DNA of 64,000 nucleotides from an uncultured bacterium (GTDB lineage Bacteria; Verrucomicrobiota; Verrucomicrobiia; Verrucomicrobiales; DEV007): contig CAXBMO010000020.1 in assembly GCA_963977015.1 (NCBI GenBank), forward strand, positions 49,944 through 113,943. The letters are read 5' to 3'. Under the pieces are notes generated by a model. It saw only the letters and a program-made list of their open reading frames with translations. It had not been told where the DNA came from and searched no databases. This document shows, one piece after another, positions 38,441-49,084 of the stretch (its first letter is position 1; the number at the start of each line of letters is the position of its first letter). A program made the position numbers and the translations under genes.

Positions 38441-41400
38441 TTAGTAGTTCTTTAGTAGTTCTCCAATCGCCTCTTCCGCTGCGATTCGATGGTTTTTCTG
38501 GAGTTTCGGCGTTTCCAGAACGGCACGATAGACCTTCAACGCCTCCTCGTTTTTTCCGGCAGCGGCCAGTGTTTCCGCCCGCGCCAAGAGCAGGGAACCA
38601 CCCCAGGTTCCGCTCAGCTTTCCGGCATCGACGAGATCCAGCACCTGAAGCGCTTCCGCAAATTCTCCGCGGCGGGTGAGAATCCGGGTGGCGCCCAAAA
38701 TCGCGGAGTAATACTCGGAGCTCCCGGTGCCGTAGGTGCTACCACAAAGCTCGCGATAGGTCTCCAATGCCGCGTCGTCGTTCTTCAAAACGTGTTCACG
38801 ATTGAATCCCATGGTTTGCAGAATGTTCATTCGTTTGCGGCGATCGGAAGTGAACTCCAACGCAATCCGGAGATCGGCTTCAGCGCGTTCTCCGGCATTC
38901 GCGCGATAAAACGCCATTCCCCGGGCGAAGGCTCCGGCGCCTTTTTGCCAAAACGGCCATTGCGCAAAATCCTCTTCGCCGAATTGCTCCATCACCGCAA
39001 CCCATTCCCGATTGCCGAGTAGATTTTCCATCTGCGCGGTTTTCCTGACGCTTTCCTGGGGGATTCGTCCGGCCAGCTCGTCCGCGCGCCCGTAATCCTT
39101 GAGTAGGCGGGCACACGCTGAAGCTTGGTGAAGCGCATCCGATTTCTGGAAATCCGTTGCCTTTTCACCTTCCGCCAACGCGACCCATGCGGAGATGGCG
39201 TCCTCATAGTTTCTTCCCGTCACCAGTTTGGCGGCTGCGCGGCTGGCGATGACAAAATCGGTCACGGCCGGTTCGACCTCAAACCGATACGATCCACCGT
39301 CATACAGGTAGGCGAACTTCATTGGAATGTGATAGCCGGACGTTCCCGTCGGCGAAAACGCGGAATGCTCGGATCCGTTTTCGCGGATTCGCTGACGACA
39401 AATGTTAAAATGCCAGGGCAAGCTGCTCGACGGTTTGCGCCCGATCACTTGATTCAGCGGATCGTTTTCGTCGTCCGTCACGGGGATCCGAATTTCGACC
39501 GTCCAGTGATCGTCCGCCACGTGGGTCGCCACTTCCGCCTGGGATTCCCACCGAAACCACGCGCTTTTGTCCGCGCCGCGATCCAGATCGACCAACGCGC
39601 CCGCGGGATTGACGGCGATTTGGTAGTAGCTGTGCGAATCGGTTGCGAGCTGGATCTCGATGAGATCGCCATACCAAATCGACTGATCCTCACGCTTCTC
39701 CGTTGCGATATTCAACGCCTCTCCGGGTCGCTCTTCGCAGCGGATCCCAAAATAGAGGTTTCCCCGATCCCAACCGGTCTTCACCGTCGTGCCGTAGATC
39801 GGCAGGCGCCCGGTCTGAAGTTCCCGCAAACTCCCGGTGGAGGTGGAAAGGCAATTCACCCAATAACCGTCATCGAGCTTGCCATCCATGACCACATCCG
39901 TAACCTCGCGAACGGTGCGCAATTGAGGGAGTGGTCCGCGCTTCTTTCCGAGTTGGCTGGCCTTGCTTCGAAGCGCTTCCAGAAACGTATCAACCAACCC
40001 GATTCGCTTCCCATAGACTGAGTCCGGGCTGGCGAGCGACTTCGCCGCGGCGAACAATTCCAACGCGGTATCGACTTTCTCCTTATCGCGCTCCATGTCC
40101 TGCCAGTGATCCTCACAGTAGTCGAAGAACGCGTTCATCCGGCTCCCGGCCGGGCCGTAAAAAAGCCGACAATACTCGTTAAACATCGCCGACGGATCCT
40201 GCTCCTTCCCGCCCCAATACATCCGCGCCGTGAAATAGACCTGTACGTGATTGAAGCCGATGTCGACAGTGTCGAAATCCCGCCCCAGGCTTAACCAAAT
40301 ATCCTCACCACTGGATACCCCCTTGGTCGCATTGATGCTTTCGCCGATCGCTTTTGGAACGAACGCGGGGAGGTAAAAACCGCGCCCCGTGAAGGGATAG
40401 TTTTCGAAAATCATCAGGGAATTCCGGGTTTTCGCCTCCCAGCCCGCTCTCAATTGGCGAATCGCTTCACGCTGGTCCGGCAGATTGTTTCGCGGGCGCC
40501 GTCCGCCGACGATCACGACCTGAACATTGGGCTCCAGCTTCTCAATGTTGGTCGGCGGATCCGTGTTCGCCCCGTAGGCACAGCAGATGATCTTTTTGTC
40601 CGGATGCGTTTTCCCAACTTCTTTGGCAACCCGGTTCACGAAGTCCCAAACGTGGTTGGACAGCTTTCCTCGCGAACCCATTTCCGGGATCTCCTTCCCT
40701 TCACACAATTCGCACTGACAGATCGAAATGTAGGCGTCCGGCGGCATGATCGAGACCGTGTCGTAGTCGTAGACCTCAAATTGCGCCCGCGCCCAGCGCA
40801 CCGTCGCCTGAAAGAGTTCCGCGTTTGAATAACAGAGGTGATTGAGCCGCTTGCCAGACTGGTTGTCGAGTTTGCCGCCGTAACGCGCGAACCAGGTTGG
40901 GTGCTCGCGGCGAACGGCCTCCGTTCCCGTCATGGTATGCATTCCGTGAGCCACCATCAGTCCGTAGGGATCGCGAACGCCCAGCCGCATCATCCACTTC
41001 ATGGTGTCCTCCGACGCATTGCCGAAACGCACATTGAATCTGCGAACTTCAAAGTCCGGCCTCGTAACTTCATCGATTTTTGGCAACGCGATCGACGCCA
41101 TTTTCGGGACGACTTCGCCAACTTCTCCGGGGAGATACCACCGAACGCCGAGGCTGCGCAAAAATCCGCAAACCGCGTTGAATGAGCCCCGTTCGTCATA
41201 GCCCCAGATTTCGAGCGATTCGTTCTTTGCCGCCTCCACTCCATCGGGTTTGCCAATCTCACCGGAAAGCCTGGCCCGGTTCTTGTACATCCCACCATTC
41301 GGAACGCCAAACGGCTCGCCAATGATCGTTTCCCATTCAGCCTGCAACCTGCCACTGGAGCGATCGCCGTTGTTTTTTGCCCAGGGTTCCCGGGGCACGA

Positions 41401-41758
41401 AATCCGTATCGTCGCCAATCAACGCAAGCCAGTGGTCGCCGGAAACCACGCGATAAGCGCCAAACTTCAACCCTTCATCGGTGATTCCCAGCTTCTCCGC
41501 ATGAGCACTCTGCCCCACGTAAATCTGCACGGGAACGTCGGCACTTGGCGCGGTCGCAATCGGCAATCTCGCGCCGGAAATTTTCTCAACGTAGGTCTGC
41601 AGTTCGGCGGCGGCCAAACGTGCGGAACGCTCGGGTTCTTCGGCGATAACAATCTCCGCTCGAGGCGTTCCGTTCTCGACCAACAACGCGTTCGCACCGA
41701 ACGCATTCGCGATCACGGAGAAGAGCAGAGCCGTGAAACCAAAAAGGGGCTTATTCAT
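38441..41758 (-). CDS. DUF4838-domain protein with CBM9-like and TPR-like C-terminal regions
   Basis: Signal peptide; AAAELQTYVEKISGA, LGVRWYLPG, QCELC, DGKLDD, WTVEIRIP; helical repeats at the end. Confidence 0.75.
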   Translation of the reverse strand: MNKPLFGFTALLFSVIANAFGANALLVENGTPRAEIVIAEEPERSARLAAAELQTYVEKISGARLPIATAPSADVPVQIYVGQSAHAEKLGITDEGLKFGAYRVVSGDHWLALIGDDTDFVPREPWAKNNGDRSSGRLQAEWETIIGEPFGVPNGGMYKNRARLSGEIGKPDGVEAAKNESLEIWGYDERGSFNAVCGFLRSLGVRWYLPGEVGEVVPKMASIALPKIDEVTRPDFEVRRFNVRFGNASEDTMKWMMRLGVRDPYGLMVAHGMHTMTGTEAVRREHPTWFARYGGKLDNQSGKRLNHLCYSNAELFQATVRWARAQFEVYDYDTVSIMPPDAYISICQCELCEGKEIPEMGSRGKLSNHVWDFVNRVAKEVGKTHPDKKIICCAYGANTDPPTNIEKLEPNVQVVIVGGRRPRNNLPDQREAIRQLRAGWEAKTRNSLMIFENYPFTGRGFYLPAFVPKAIGESINATKGVSSGEDIWLSLGRDFDTVDIGFNHVQVYFTARMYWGGKEQDPSAMFNEYCRLFYGPAGSRMNAFFDYCEDHWQDMERDKEKVDTALELFAAAKSLASPDSVYGKRIGLVDTFLEALRSKASQLGKKRGPLPQLRTVREVTDVVMDGKLDDGYWVNCLSTSTGSLRELQTGRLPIYGTTVKTGWDRGNLYFGIRCEERPGEALNIATEKREDQSIWYGDLIEIQLATDSHSYYQIAVNPAGALVDLDRGADKSAWFRWESQAEVATHVADDHWTVEIRIPVTDDENDPLNQVIGRKPSSSLPWHFNICRQRIRENGSEHSAFSPTGTSGYHIPMKFAYLYDGGSYRFEVEPAVTDFVIASRAAAKLVTGRNYEDAISAWVALAEGEKATDFQKSDALHQASACARLLKDYGRADELAGRIPQESVRKTAQMENLLGNREWVAVMEQFGEEDFAQWPFWQKGAGAFARGMAFYRANAGERAEADLRIALEFTSDRRKRMNILQTMGFNREHVLKNDDAALETYRELCGSTYGTGSSEYYSAILGATRILTRRGEFAEALQVLDLVDAGKLSGTWGGSLLLARAETLAAAGKNEEALKVYRAVLETPKLQKNHRIAAEEAIGELLKNY

Positions 41759-41824
41759 GCACCCTTCACCGCCCGTTGACTCCGCGTCTATCGGCCGGAA
41801 TGTTGGAAACGCAAAACCCGGCGA

Positions 41825-43264
41825 TCAATCCACAAACGGAACCACCATTTCCAACCCACTTGGAACCGACTCGGGAATGATGTGATCCAAGTCGCGAGCG
41901 CTGGGGCTGGTGAGCGATTTGAGGAAACTGACCAACTGATCGACCTCCGCATCACTCACTTGGACCGGAAACTCGACGTGCTTGGTGAACGTGCGCTTCA
42001 CATCTCGAATCGTATTTTTGTCGTTGTGAACCGCGCCGCGAAACTCCGGCTCCAGTTGGCTCAGATCGTAATTTTCCAAGTGATAGATGGGGTCGAGTTG
42101 CTGGCGGACCGCTTCTTCCAACGTTTTGTAGGCTCCGTTGTGCATGTAGGGGCCCGTGAGCTCGACATTGCGAAGCGGTGTGGTGCGGAACGCGTATTTT
42201 TCATCGAGCCCGGCATTGCTGCGGTGAGCGACCCCAAAATCTGCGTCTTCCTCGGGATGAGGGCCGGGACCAATTGGAACCACCGCCATGTTGTGCATTT
42301 TCTGATCGGTCATCAGCCGCCCCGTGTGGCATTGCGAGCAGTTGGCTTTGCCGTAAAACAAGCGCGCGCCCGCCAGGGCATCGGAAGCAAGCGCATCATC
42401 TTCGCCTGCCAAAAAGCGATCCCACGGACTGTCGTGAAAGGTGAAGGCATCAATCTCAAACGCCGCGATCGCGTTTGCGGCGTGAGCAAAATGAAGCTCG
42501 TCGGGCTCGCTGCCCGGATAGGCTTCCTGAAAAAGATCAACGTATTCCGGAATGACCAGCAACCGCTTCATCAGCGCAGCCCAAATTTCTTCTTCGTTCT
42601 GTTGGAGGACTTCGCCGACCTCGTTGTGTACCCCGCCAGCACCGGTTTGCCCTTTGGTGCCGCGCATTTCGTCATTGGAAAGGACCGGCATCATCGCCTG
42701 TGCGGCCAGCACGTTTTCGACGATTTTCGGCAACACCACCTGGTAGTGTCCAGGCGATTTGGTGAGACGCATGTTGTTGACGGCAAACCGGTTGTTTTCG
42801 TTGAGATGAACGCGGCCATCCCAAAACATGGTGTGCCATTCGGAATCACCGCGATTGAAGCAATCCGGTGAATTGCGTGGAGTAAAAGGATGGCCGACGC
42901 GATTCAAGTTGAAGCCGGTGAGAACGGGCTCGCCGCCAGGGATATCGATCAGATTGAGCCCTTGCGGTAAGCGGCGGCCTTTCGAAACATAGGCCTGGGT
43001 GCCGACCGCGCGGGATCGCCCATCAGACGTTCCGGTGCGCGGATGATGACAGGTCGAGCAGGAAACGTCCTGATTGCCGCCAATGATCGGATCAAAAAAC
43101 AGGGCGCGACCGAGCTCGATCTTCGGTTTCGGCGTGTCCGGCTTTGGCTCGGTTGGGGTCACGCCGATTTCGGCGAGCCATGCGCGAAATTCTGCCGGGG
43201 ATTCCGCCTGCGCCGCAATACAAATGCTGAAAAACGTGGCGAGATGAAGGATGGGGTTTTTCAT
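41825..43264 (-). CDS. Di-heme cytochrome c peroxidase (bCcP/MauG superfamily)
   Basis: LGRALFFDP, CSTCH, FWDGR, CSQCH, FRTTPLRN, GPYMHNG. Confidence 0.9.
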   Translation of the reverse strand: MKNPILHLATFFSICIAAQAESPAEFRAWLAEIGVTPTEPKPDTPKPKIELGRALFFDPIIGGNQDVSCSTCHHPRTGTSDGRSRAVGTQAYVSKGRRLPQGLNLIDIPGGEPVLTGFNLNRVGHPFTPRNSPDCFNRGDSEWHTMFWDGRVHLNENNRFAVNNMRLTKSPGHYQVVLPKIVENVLAAQAMMPVLSNDEMRGTKGQTGAGGVHNEVGEVLQQNEEEIWAALMKRLLVIPEYVDLFQEAYPGSEPDELHFAHAANAIAAFEIDAFTFHDSPWDRFLAGEDDALASDALAGARLFYGKANCSQCHTGRLMTDQKMHNMAVVPIGPGPHPEEDADFGVAHRSNAGLDEKYAFRTTPLRNVELTGPYMHNGAYKTLEEAVRQQLDPIYHLENYDLSQLEPEFRGAVHNDKNTIRDVKRTFTKHVEFPVQVSDAEVDQLVSFLKSLTSPSARDLDHIIPESVPSGLEMVVPFVD

Positions 43265-46200
43265 GGGAGTTGAAGGGTTAACCATTCCTGGCCGGGCTTG
43301 GTTTCGGCCGATTTTTGGGAACCGTCGGGACTGCGAACCGAAACCGTGATCGTTCCTTTTGCCGAATTGGGGATGGCAAAAATCACATCCGAACTCGATT
43401 GCGTCAAATAGCTGCCTCCACCTGAAATCTCCCGGACTTGCAGCGGGAATCCGGGTATTTCAACGCGAACAAGGGACCCAACGCCATTGGAATTTCCTGG
43501 TTTCCCAACCAAGCGAACCCGAAGCGGTCGCGTATCCCGCAAACCGGATGTCTGGTTCAAAAACAGCATCGGGGTTTCGTCATTCACCCCCGCACAGAAA
43601 TCGATTCGCCCGTCTTGATTGACATCCACGGCGGCCAAACTCTTCGCGTCGCCCGGAACCTCGAGACCGCTTTCCCGAGACCAAACCGGCTCAAACAGCT
43701 CGTCGGACTTCCCGGTGCCGCGCAGCAAAACGCTGAGACCACTCGACATGGGCCCGACTTCTTCCGGCGGTTCAAAATGATTGTGGACGAGATAGGCGTC
43801 GAGGTAACCGTCCAGATCGACATCAGTTAGGGTCACTCCAAACCCGGGCGAAATTTGAGCCATGTGCGGAAGCGACTGCACTTCGAACTCAGCCTTGCCG
43901 TTGTTGATCAGCACGATGCTGTCCATCCGATTCGCGCGAAACTGCTCGGCCTTTTCCAACTGAACGATGTCATAAATCCCGGTAATCGGAACGCTCGCGT
44001 AGTTGTGATACGTCTGCATCTTGTCGGCGATCGATGGCATCGCATCCGTCGCGGCCATGAACCCCCGGCGCGGAAAACAAATTTTCTGACCTCCCTCTTC
44101 CAGAAACTGCGCTTCGACGATGTGCCGCTTTCCGGTATTGTCAAAATCGCCGTAAAAGATCAGCTCGGGAGAATCCAGAGACGCCTGATACTGCGTGTTT
44201 CGGCCCATGTTTGTCACGACGTAGTCGATATCCCCATCGCCGTCGACGTCACCACCGGCGATCCCATTCCACCAACCGTGCATCGCGATTCCCGGTCCAT
44301 CGAGATTCGCGGATTCCGTAGCCTCCTCCAGAGTTCCTTCCTGGTTGAGCAACAGGCGGATCGGTCCCCATTCGGTCGTCAGCAAGAGGTCCGGCCACCC
44401 GTCTCCATTCGCGTCACTCCAAATTGCGCTGGTCACCAAACCGGCGTTCGCGAGCATCGGAATCTCCACCTTGGAAAATCGCCCCTTCTCGTTCCGCAAC
44501 ACATGGCTTGTCGGGCTCAACGGATAAAATCCCGGAACCGAGCGGCTTCCGACAAACAAATCCAAATCTCCGTCGCGATCGAAATCAGCCGGCGCGACCA
44601 CGCTTCCACTCCAGCGGAGATCCGGCAACGCTTCGAGTGGCGCAGGCTGAAACGAACCGTCGCCCAAGCCCAGATAAAGGCGATCCCGCAACATCTCCGC
44701 ACCCGGCTTGTATTCGACACTGCCGCTCACGACGTAGAGATCCAGGTGGCCGTCCGAATCCGCATCAAAGAAAACCGCTCCCATATCTTCGTGCTCGGCG
44801 TCGTTCTCCAACGCTTCGCAGGGAATCGGAGTCAGCTGGATGTCCAGGGAAGAATCCGCCGTGTCGTTGCGATACAGCCTTCCCGGCTGCCCGGACGCTC
44901 CGGCAAGAAACAGATCATCGTCGCCATCGCCATCGAAGTCGCTCCACGCCTGGCCGGGTCCCAATTGGGAAAGCTTGAAGGGCAGCAATGGCTGAATCTG
45001 ATAATCGTCGAACTCCCGTTCCTCGTGACGCATGTCCCGGGTCGCATCGGATTCAATGAACCATGGATTCCTGGGCTTGCGGGTTTCGACCGGCGGGGCT
45101 TTTTCCGCCTTTCCGCTTGGCTCGGTAATCTGGTATCGCTGATTGGCGGCGAGATCCTTGAACCTCTGGGTTTGCCCGCTTGGCCAGTCGATTTGAAGGC
45201 TCGCAATCTCGGTGTTCTCGCCAAGGCCAAAATGAATCACACATTCATCGGCATCCAAAAATCCGCCGTAGGGAAACAACTGGCGGCTCTGCTTCACACC
45301 GTCTGCCGTCTCTGCCGTAACCAGGCAGCCGACTCCCATGCGATTGCTCTGCGTTCCGCGCAAATCGATCAACACGCGGTTTCCGGAAGTCCCGCGATTC
45401 CAGTACACGCTCAAGGGGTCCTCCAGATTCGACGTCAGCAAATCCATGCGGCCATCACCATCCAGATCCCCTAACGACGCGCCGTAAGACATGCCCATGT
45501 GATCCAGGCCCCACGTTTTGGAGACATCCTCAAATTGGAAGTCGCCAACGTTGCGATAGGCCAGATTTTGTTCACGGCGTTCCGGCGTGTTCTTGTAGTG
45601 ATCCCACTGCGTGCGTCCAATCAGGCGCTGGTGATTCAAGCTCGGCAAATCCGAGTGATTGAACTGACGCGGAACGCCGTTGCAGAAGAAAATGTCCGCA
45701 CGCATGTCATTGTCGAAATCCGCGCTTCGAATCGCCCAGGTCCATTCCGTCGCCGCGACGCCCGACATCCAGGCTCCTTCAAGAAACCGGTCCGTGCCCG
45801 TATTGATATGGAGCACGTTGTGCATCGTTTGGCGCGCGCCCCCCGCGTTCTCCATGTTGTCGAGCCGGTCCGCCATATTCGCCATGCTCGCCTTTTTCAT
45901 GTAATGCGTTTTCGGCAACATGTCGGCGAGGAGAAAGTCGATGTAGCCGTCGTTGTTGAAGTCGCTCTGGACCGCGCCCATCGAGAACCACGTCGTCACC
46001 CGAGTCGTTTCCTCGGCGACTTCGGTGAACGTTCCGTCGGCGTTGTTGCGATAGAGAAAATCGGGGCTCGAGAAATCGTTTCCGATGTAGAGATCCGGCC
46101 ATCCATCGTAGTTGTAATCCCACCACGTGGCCGAGTTCCCCCAATGCGGTTCGGTGTCGATTCCCGCGTCCGCCGTCACCTCCGTGAACTTGCCGTTCCC

Positions 46201-47013
46201 GTCATTGCGATACAGCAAATCCGGCCGGCCCGCCTCCGAATAGAGCACTTCTCCGTTCTTTCCACGTTGGTGCTGATCAACGCGATACCAGCGCAGCCAC
46301 TCATCAGCGACTTCCAGCTTTCCATCGACCACCACCAAATTGATCGGTTCGGCGGAACGCCCGTTTTCCCGGTAAATCTGGTGGGTCAGAATGTAGAGAT
46401 CGAGATCGCCGTCGCGGTCATAATCCGCAAAGGCGGATACGACGCTGCCATCGACCAGATCGAGTCCGTATTCCGGAGCGCGGTCTTCAAATCGCAACGG
46501 CCCATCGGTTCGTTTCCCTCCATCGATCGTCAGGTTGATGTAGAGATTGTTGGGATAATCGTAGTTGCAGACATAGGCATCGAGATCGCCATCGTTGTCG
46601 ATATCAACGAGCGAAGTTCCGACCGCCCAGGCGTCGTCGTTTCCCGCAACGCCCGCAGAACTCGCCACATCCTCAAATTTGAGCTTTTCGCGTTGCAGAA
46701 ACAGACCGTTTTTCCGGGGGCCATTGCCTGCAAAAATGTCCGGGCGCCCATCGAGATCCAAGTCCCCAACTGCCACCGCTGAACAGGCGGAGCTGGAATG
46801 ATAGGCGCGTGCCAACTTGTGATCGACATCAATCGGAATGACCAAATCCACGCCCGATTCCTCCGGCGACAGCAACTGAAACAGCGTTTCCGACGTTCCG
46901 GAAGCCGAGGGTTCCAGCGGCTTCGACTGAATCAAATCCTGACTCCACATCGTAGTGGAGAATCCAACCAAGAGCGCAGTCGTGACGACGGGGCATTTCG
47001 ACAAAAAGCACAT
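43261..47013 (-). CDS. FG-GAP/VCBS repeat protein with ASPIC/UnbV domains (CRTAC1-like)
   Basis: Many DxDxDGxxD repeats; HFGLG...IDWPSG; GGGSYLTQS; start uncertain. Confidence 0.88.
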   Translation of the reverse strand: MCFLSKCPVVTTALLVGFSTTMWSQDLIQSKPLEPSASGTSETLFQLLSPEESGVDLVIPIDVDHKLARAYHSSSACSAVAVGDLDLDGRPDIFAGNGPRKNGLFLQREKLKFEDVASSAGVAGNDDAWAVGTSLVDIDNDGDLDAYVCNYDYPNNLYINLTIDGGKRTDGPLRFEDRAPEYGLDLVDGSVVSAFADYDRDGDLDLYILTHQIYRENGRSAEPINLVVVDGKLEVADEWLRWYRVDQHQRGKNGEVLYSEAGRPDLLYRNDGNGKFTEVTADAGIDTEPHWGNSATWWDYNYDGWPDLYIGNDFSSPDFLYRNNADGTFTEVAEETTRVTTWFSMGAVQSDFNNDGYIDFLLADMLPKTHYMKKASMANMADRLDNMENAGGARQTMHNVLHINTGTDRFLEGAWMSGVAATEWTWAIRSADFDNDMRADIFFCNGVPRQFNHSDLPSLNHQRLIGRTQWDHYKNTPERREQNLAYRNVGDFQFEDVSKTWGLDHMGMSYGASLGDLDGDGRMDLLTSNLEDPLSVYWNRGTSGNRVLIDLRGTQSNRMGVGCLVTAETADGVKQSRQLFPYGGFLDADECVIHFGLGENTEIASLQIDWPSGQTQRFKDLAANQRYQITEPSGKAEKAPPVETRKPRNPWFIESDATRDMRHEEREFDDYQIQPLLPFKLSQLGPGQAWSDFDGDGDDDLFLAGASGQPGRLYRNDTADSSLDIQLTPIPCEALENDAEHEDMGAVFFDADSDGHLDLYVVSGSVEYKPGAEMLRDRLYLGLGDGSFQPAPLEALPDLRWSGSVVAPADFDRDGDLDLFVGSRSVPGFYPLSPTSHVLRNEKGRFSKVEIPMLANAGLVTSAIWSDANGDGWPDLLLTTEWGPIRLLLNQEGTLEEATESANLDGPGIAMHGWWNGIAGGDVDGDGDIDYVVTNMGRNTQYQASLDSPELIFYGDFDNTGKRHIVEAQFLEEGGQKICFPRRGFMAATDAMPSIADKMQTYHNYASVPITGIYDIVQLEKAEQFRANRMDSIVLINNGKAEFEVQSLPHMAQISPGFGVTLTDVDLDGYLDAYLVHNHFEPPEEVGPMSSGLSVLLRGTGKSDELFEPVWSRESGLEVPGDAKSLAAVDVNQDGRIDFCAGVNDETPMLFLNQTSGLRDTRPLRVRLVGKPGNSNGVGSLVRVEIPGFPLQVREISGGGSYLTQSSSDVIFAIPNSAKGTITVSVRSPDGSQKSAETKPGQEWLTLQLP

Positions 47014-47146
47014 ACCTGAATATAAGGACGTTTCGGAACGAAAAAAGTTGAAAGGGTTCCTCAGAATTTGTCGCAACCCCTGCAAAAGGTGACAAGAAAA
47101 TCGACCGTCTCAAACCAGCAAATGCCCAGGGGACCCACGAAGCCTT

Positions 47147-49021
47147 CTAATCGTCCTTGATCGCAGCTTGCTTGCCACGCTCCAAATACACCGCCAACAG
47201 CGAAATATCCGCCGGGGTGATTCCGCTGATGCGTCCGGCCTGGCCAAGCGTGGTGGGACGAATCTGACTGAGCTTGTGCTGGGCCTCGGTTTTCAGGCCG
47301 CGGATCTGGAGAAAATCAACCCAATCCGGAATGGGCTTGCCGTCCATTCGGCCTGTCCGCGCAATTTCGTCTTCCTGGCGGCGGATGTAGCCCTCGTACT
47401 TGACGTCGGTTTCGAGCAGATCCCAGATTTCCGGGCTGAACCTGGCCCGTAATTCGGCGGGAAGCGATTCCCAATCGTTTTCGGGTCGTTTGAACCATTT
47501 CTCGACCGACAACTCGCCGAATCGTTCTTTCGCAACGACGCTTCGGGCTTCGGCCAGGGTCGCCGCCTTCGCCTGGGTGTGTTCGCCACGCTCTTTCGGC
47601 ACGATGCCGCGTTCGAACGCACGCGGCGTCAACCGCAAATCGGAGTTGTCCTGACGCAGCAAAATTCGGTATTCGGCCCGGCTCGTAAACATGCGGTAGG
47701 GCTCAGTGGTTCCCTTCGTCACCAAATCGTCGATCATCACGCCGATGTAAGCTTCGCTTCGGCCCAGGACGAAGGGCTCTTCCCCGCGGACTTTGAGTGC
47801 CGCGTTGATCCCGGCAATGAGGCCCTGTCCGCCGGCCTCCTCGTAGCCCGAAGTGCCGTTGATCTGACCGGCGAGATAGAGATGCTCGATGCGTTTCGTC
47901 TCCAATGTGGGAAACAACTGGGTCGGGATGCAGTAATCGTATTCCACCGCGTAGCCCGGCCGAATGATCTCACAATTCTCCAAGCCCGGAATGGAGCGCA
48001 AAAAGTCGTATTGAACCTCGTAGGGCAGACTGGTCGACACTCCGTTCACGTAATATTCCGTGGTTTGGCGGCCCTCCGGCTCCAGAAAAACCTGGTGACG
48101 CTCTTTCTCGGCAAACTTGACGACTTTGTCCTCGATCGATGGGCAATAACGCGGGCCAATCCCCTCGATCATGCCCGAATACATCGGCGATTTGTCGAGA
48201 TTGGCGCGAATCACGTCATGCGTGGCCGGATTGGTCCAAGTGATCCAGCAAGGCATTTGTTCCACGTGGAACTTCCCGTCCTTCCACCGATTCAGGGTGA
48301 AAATCTCGTCCTCGCTCTCCTTGTCGTGAGGCAAAAAACTGAAACGCGGCGGCGGTTCATCGCCGGTTTGCTCATCGCACTTCGAAAAGTCGATCGAACG
48401 GCCATTCAGCCGACAGGGCGTTCCGGTTTTGAAACGCTCAATCTCGAATCCCAGCTCCTTGAGGCTGTCGCTCAGGGTCGAAATCGTGTCGCCCATCCGG
48501 CCCCCCTGCTGATTCTGCTTCCCGACGTGCATCAGCCCACGCATGAAGGTTCCGGTCGTGATGATGATCGATTTCGCCTCGAAAATCATCCCCAGCCCGG
48601 TGCGAATCCCCGTGACGCGATCGTCGTTGACGAGAATCTCCGAAACGTTGCCCTGATGAAGATCCAGGTTTTCCTGGCGCTCCACGATCCACTTCATCCG
48701 GAATTGATAGGCCTTCTTGTCGCACTGGGCGCGCGGCGCGCGAACGCTCGGCCCCTTCTTCACGTTGAGCATGCGGAACTGGATTCCCGTCGCATCGGTA
48801 TTCTGTCCCATCGCTCCCCCCAAGGCATCGATTTCGCGAACCATGTGCCCTTTGGCGAGCCCACCAATTGCCGGATTGCAGCTCATCTGGCCAATCGTAT
48901 CCAGATTTTGCGTCAACATCGCGGTGGAGCATCCCAAACGCGCTGACGCCAATGCGGCTTCGACCCCGGCATGGCCGGCACCGATGACGAGAACGTCGTA
49001 GGACTTGGGATAGGTGAACAT
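47147..49021 (-). CDS. mnmG: tRNA U34 carboxymethylaminomethyl modification enzyme MnmG (GidA)
   Basis: GAGHAG, MSCNPAIGG, GPRYCPSIEDK, AGQINGTSGYEEA. Confidence 0.97.
   Translation of the reverse strand: MFTYPKSYDVLVIGAGHAGVEAALASARLGCSTAMLTQNLDTIGQMSCNPAIGGLAKGHMVREIDALGGAMGQNTDATGIQFRMLNVKKGPSVRAPRAQCDKKAYQFRMKWIVERQENLDLHQGNVSEILVNDDRVTGIRTGLGMIFEAKSIIITTGTFMRGLMHVGKQNQQGGRMGDTISTLSDSLKELGFEIERFKTGTPCRLNGRSIDFSKCDEQTGDEPPPRFSFLPHDKESEDEIFTLNRWKDGKFHVEQMPCWITWTNPATHDVIRANLDKSPMYSGMIEGIGPRYCPSIEDKVVKFAEKERHQVFLEPEGRQTTEYYVNGVSTSLPYEVQYDFLRSIPGLENCEIIRPGYAVEYDYCIPTQLFPTLETKRIEHLYLAGQINGTSGYEEAGGQGLIAGINAALKVRGEEPFVLGRSEAYIGVMIDDLVTKGTTEPYRMFTSRAEYRILLRQDNSDLRLTPRAFERGIVPKERGEHTQAKAATLAEARSVVAKERFGELSVEKWFKRPENDWESLPAELRARFSPEIWDLLETDVKYEGYIRRQEDEIARTGRMDGKPIPDWVDFLQIRGLKTEAQHKLSQIRPTTLGQAGRISGITPADISLLAVYLERGKQAAIKDD
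48258..48273. promoter_or_regulatory. Putative parS centromere site inside mnmG
   Basis: TGTTCCACGTGGAACT, a 15/16 match to TGTTCCACGTGGAACA with a perfect 14-bp palindromic core. Confidence 0.75.
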
Positions 49022-49084
49022 AAGGGGAAAGTGGGCAGAATACCCTGAATTCAGGCAGAATCCACTTTCGGCGTTCTGATCAGC

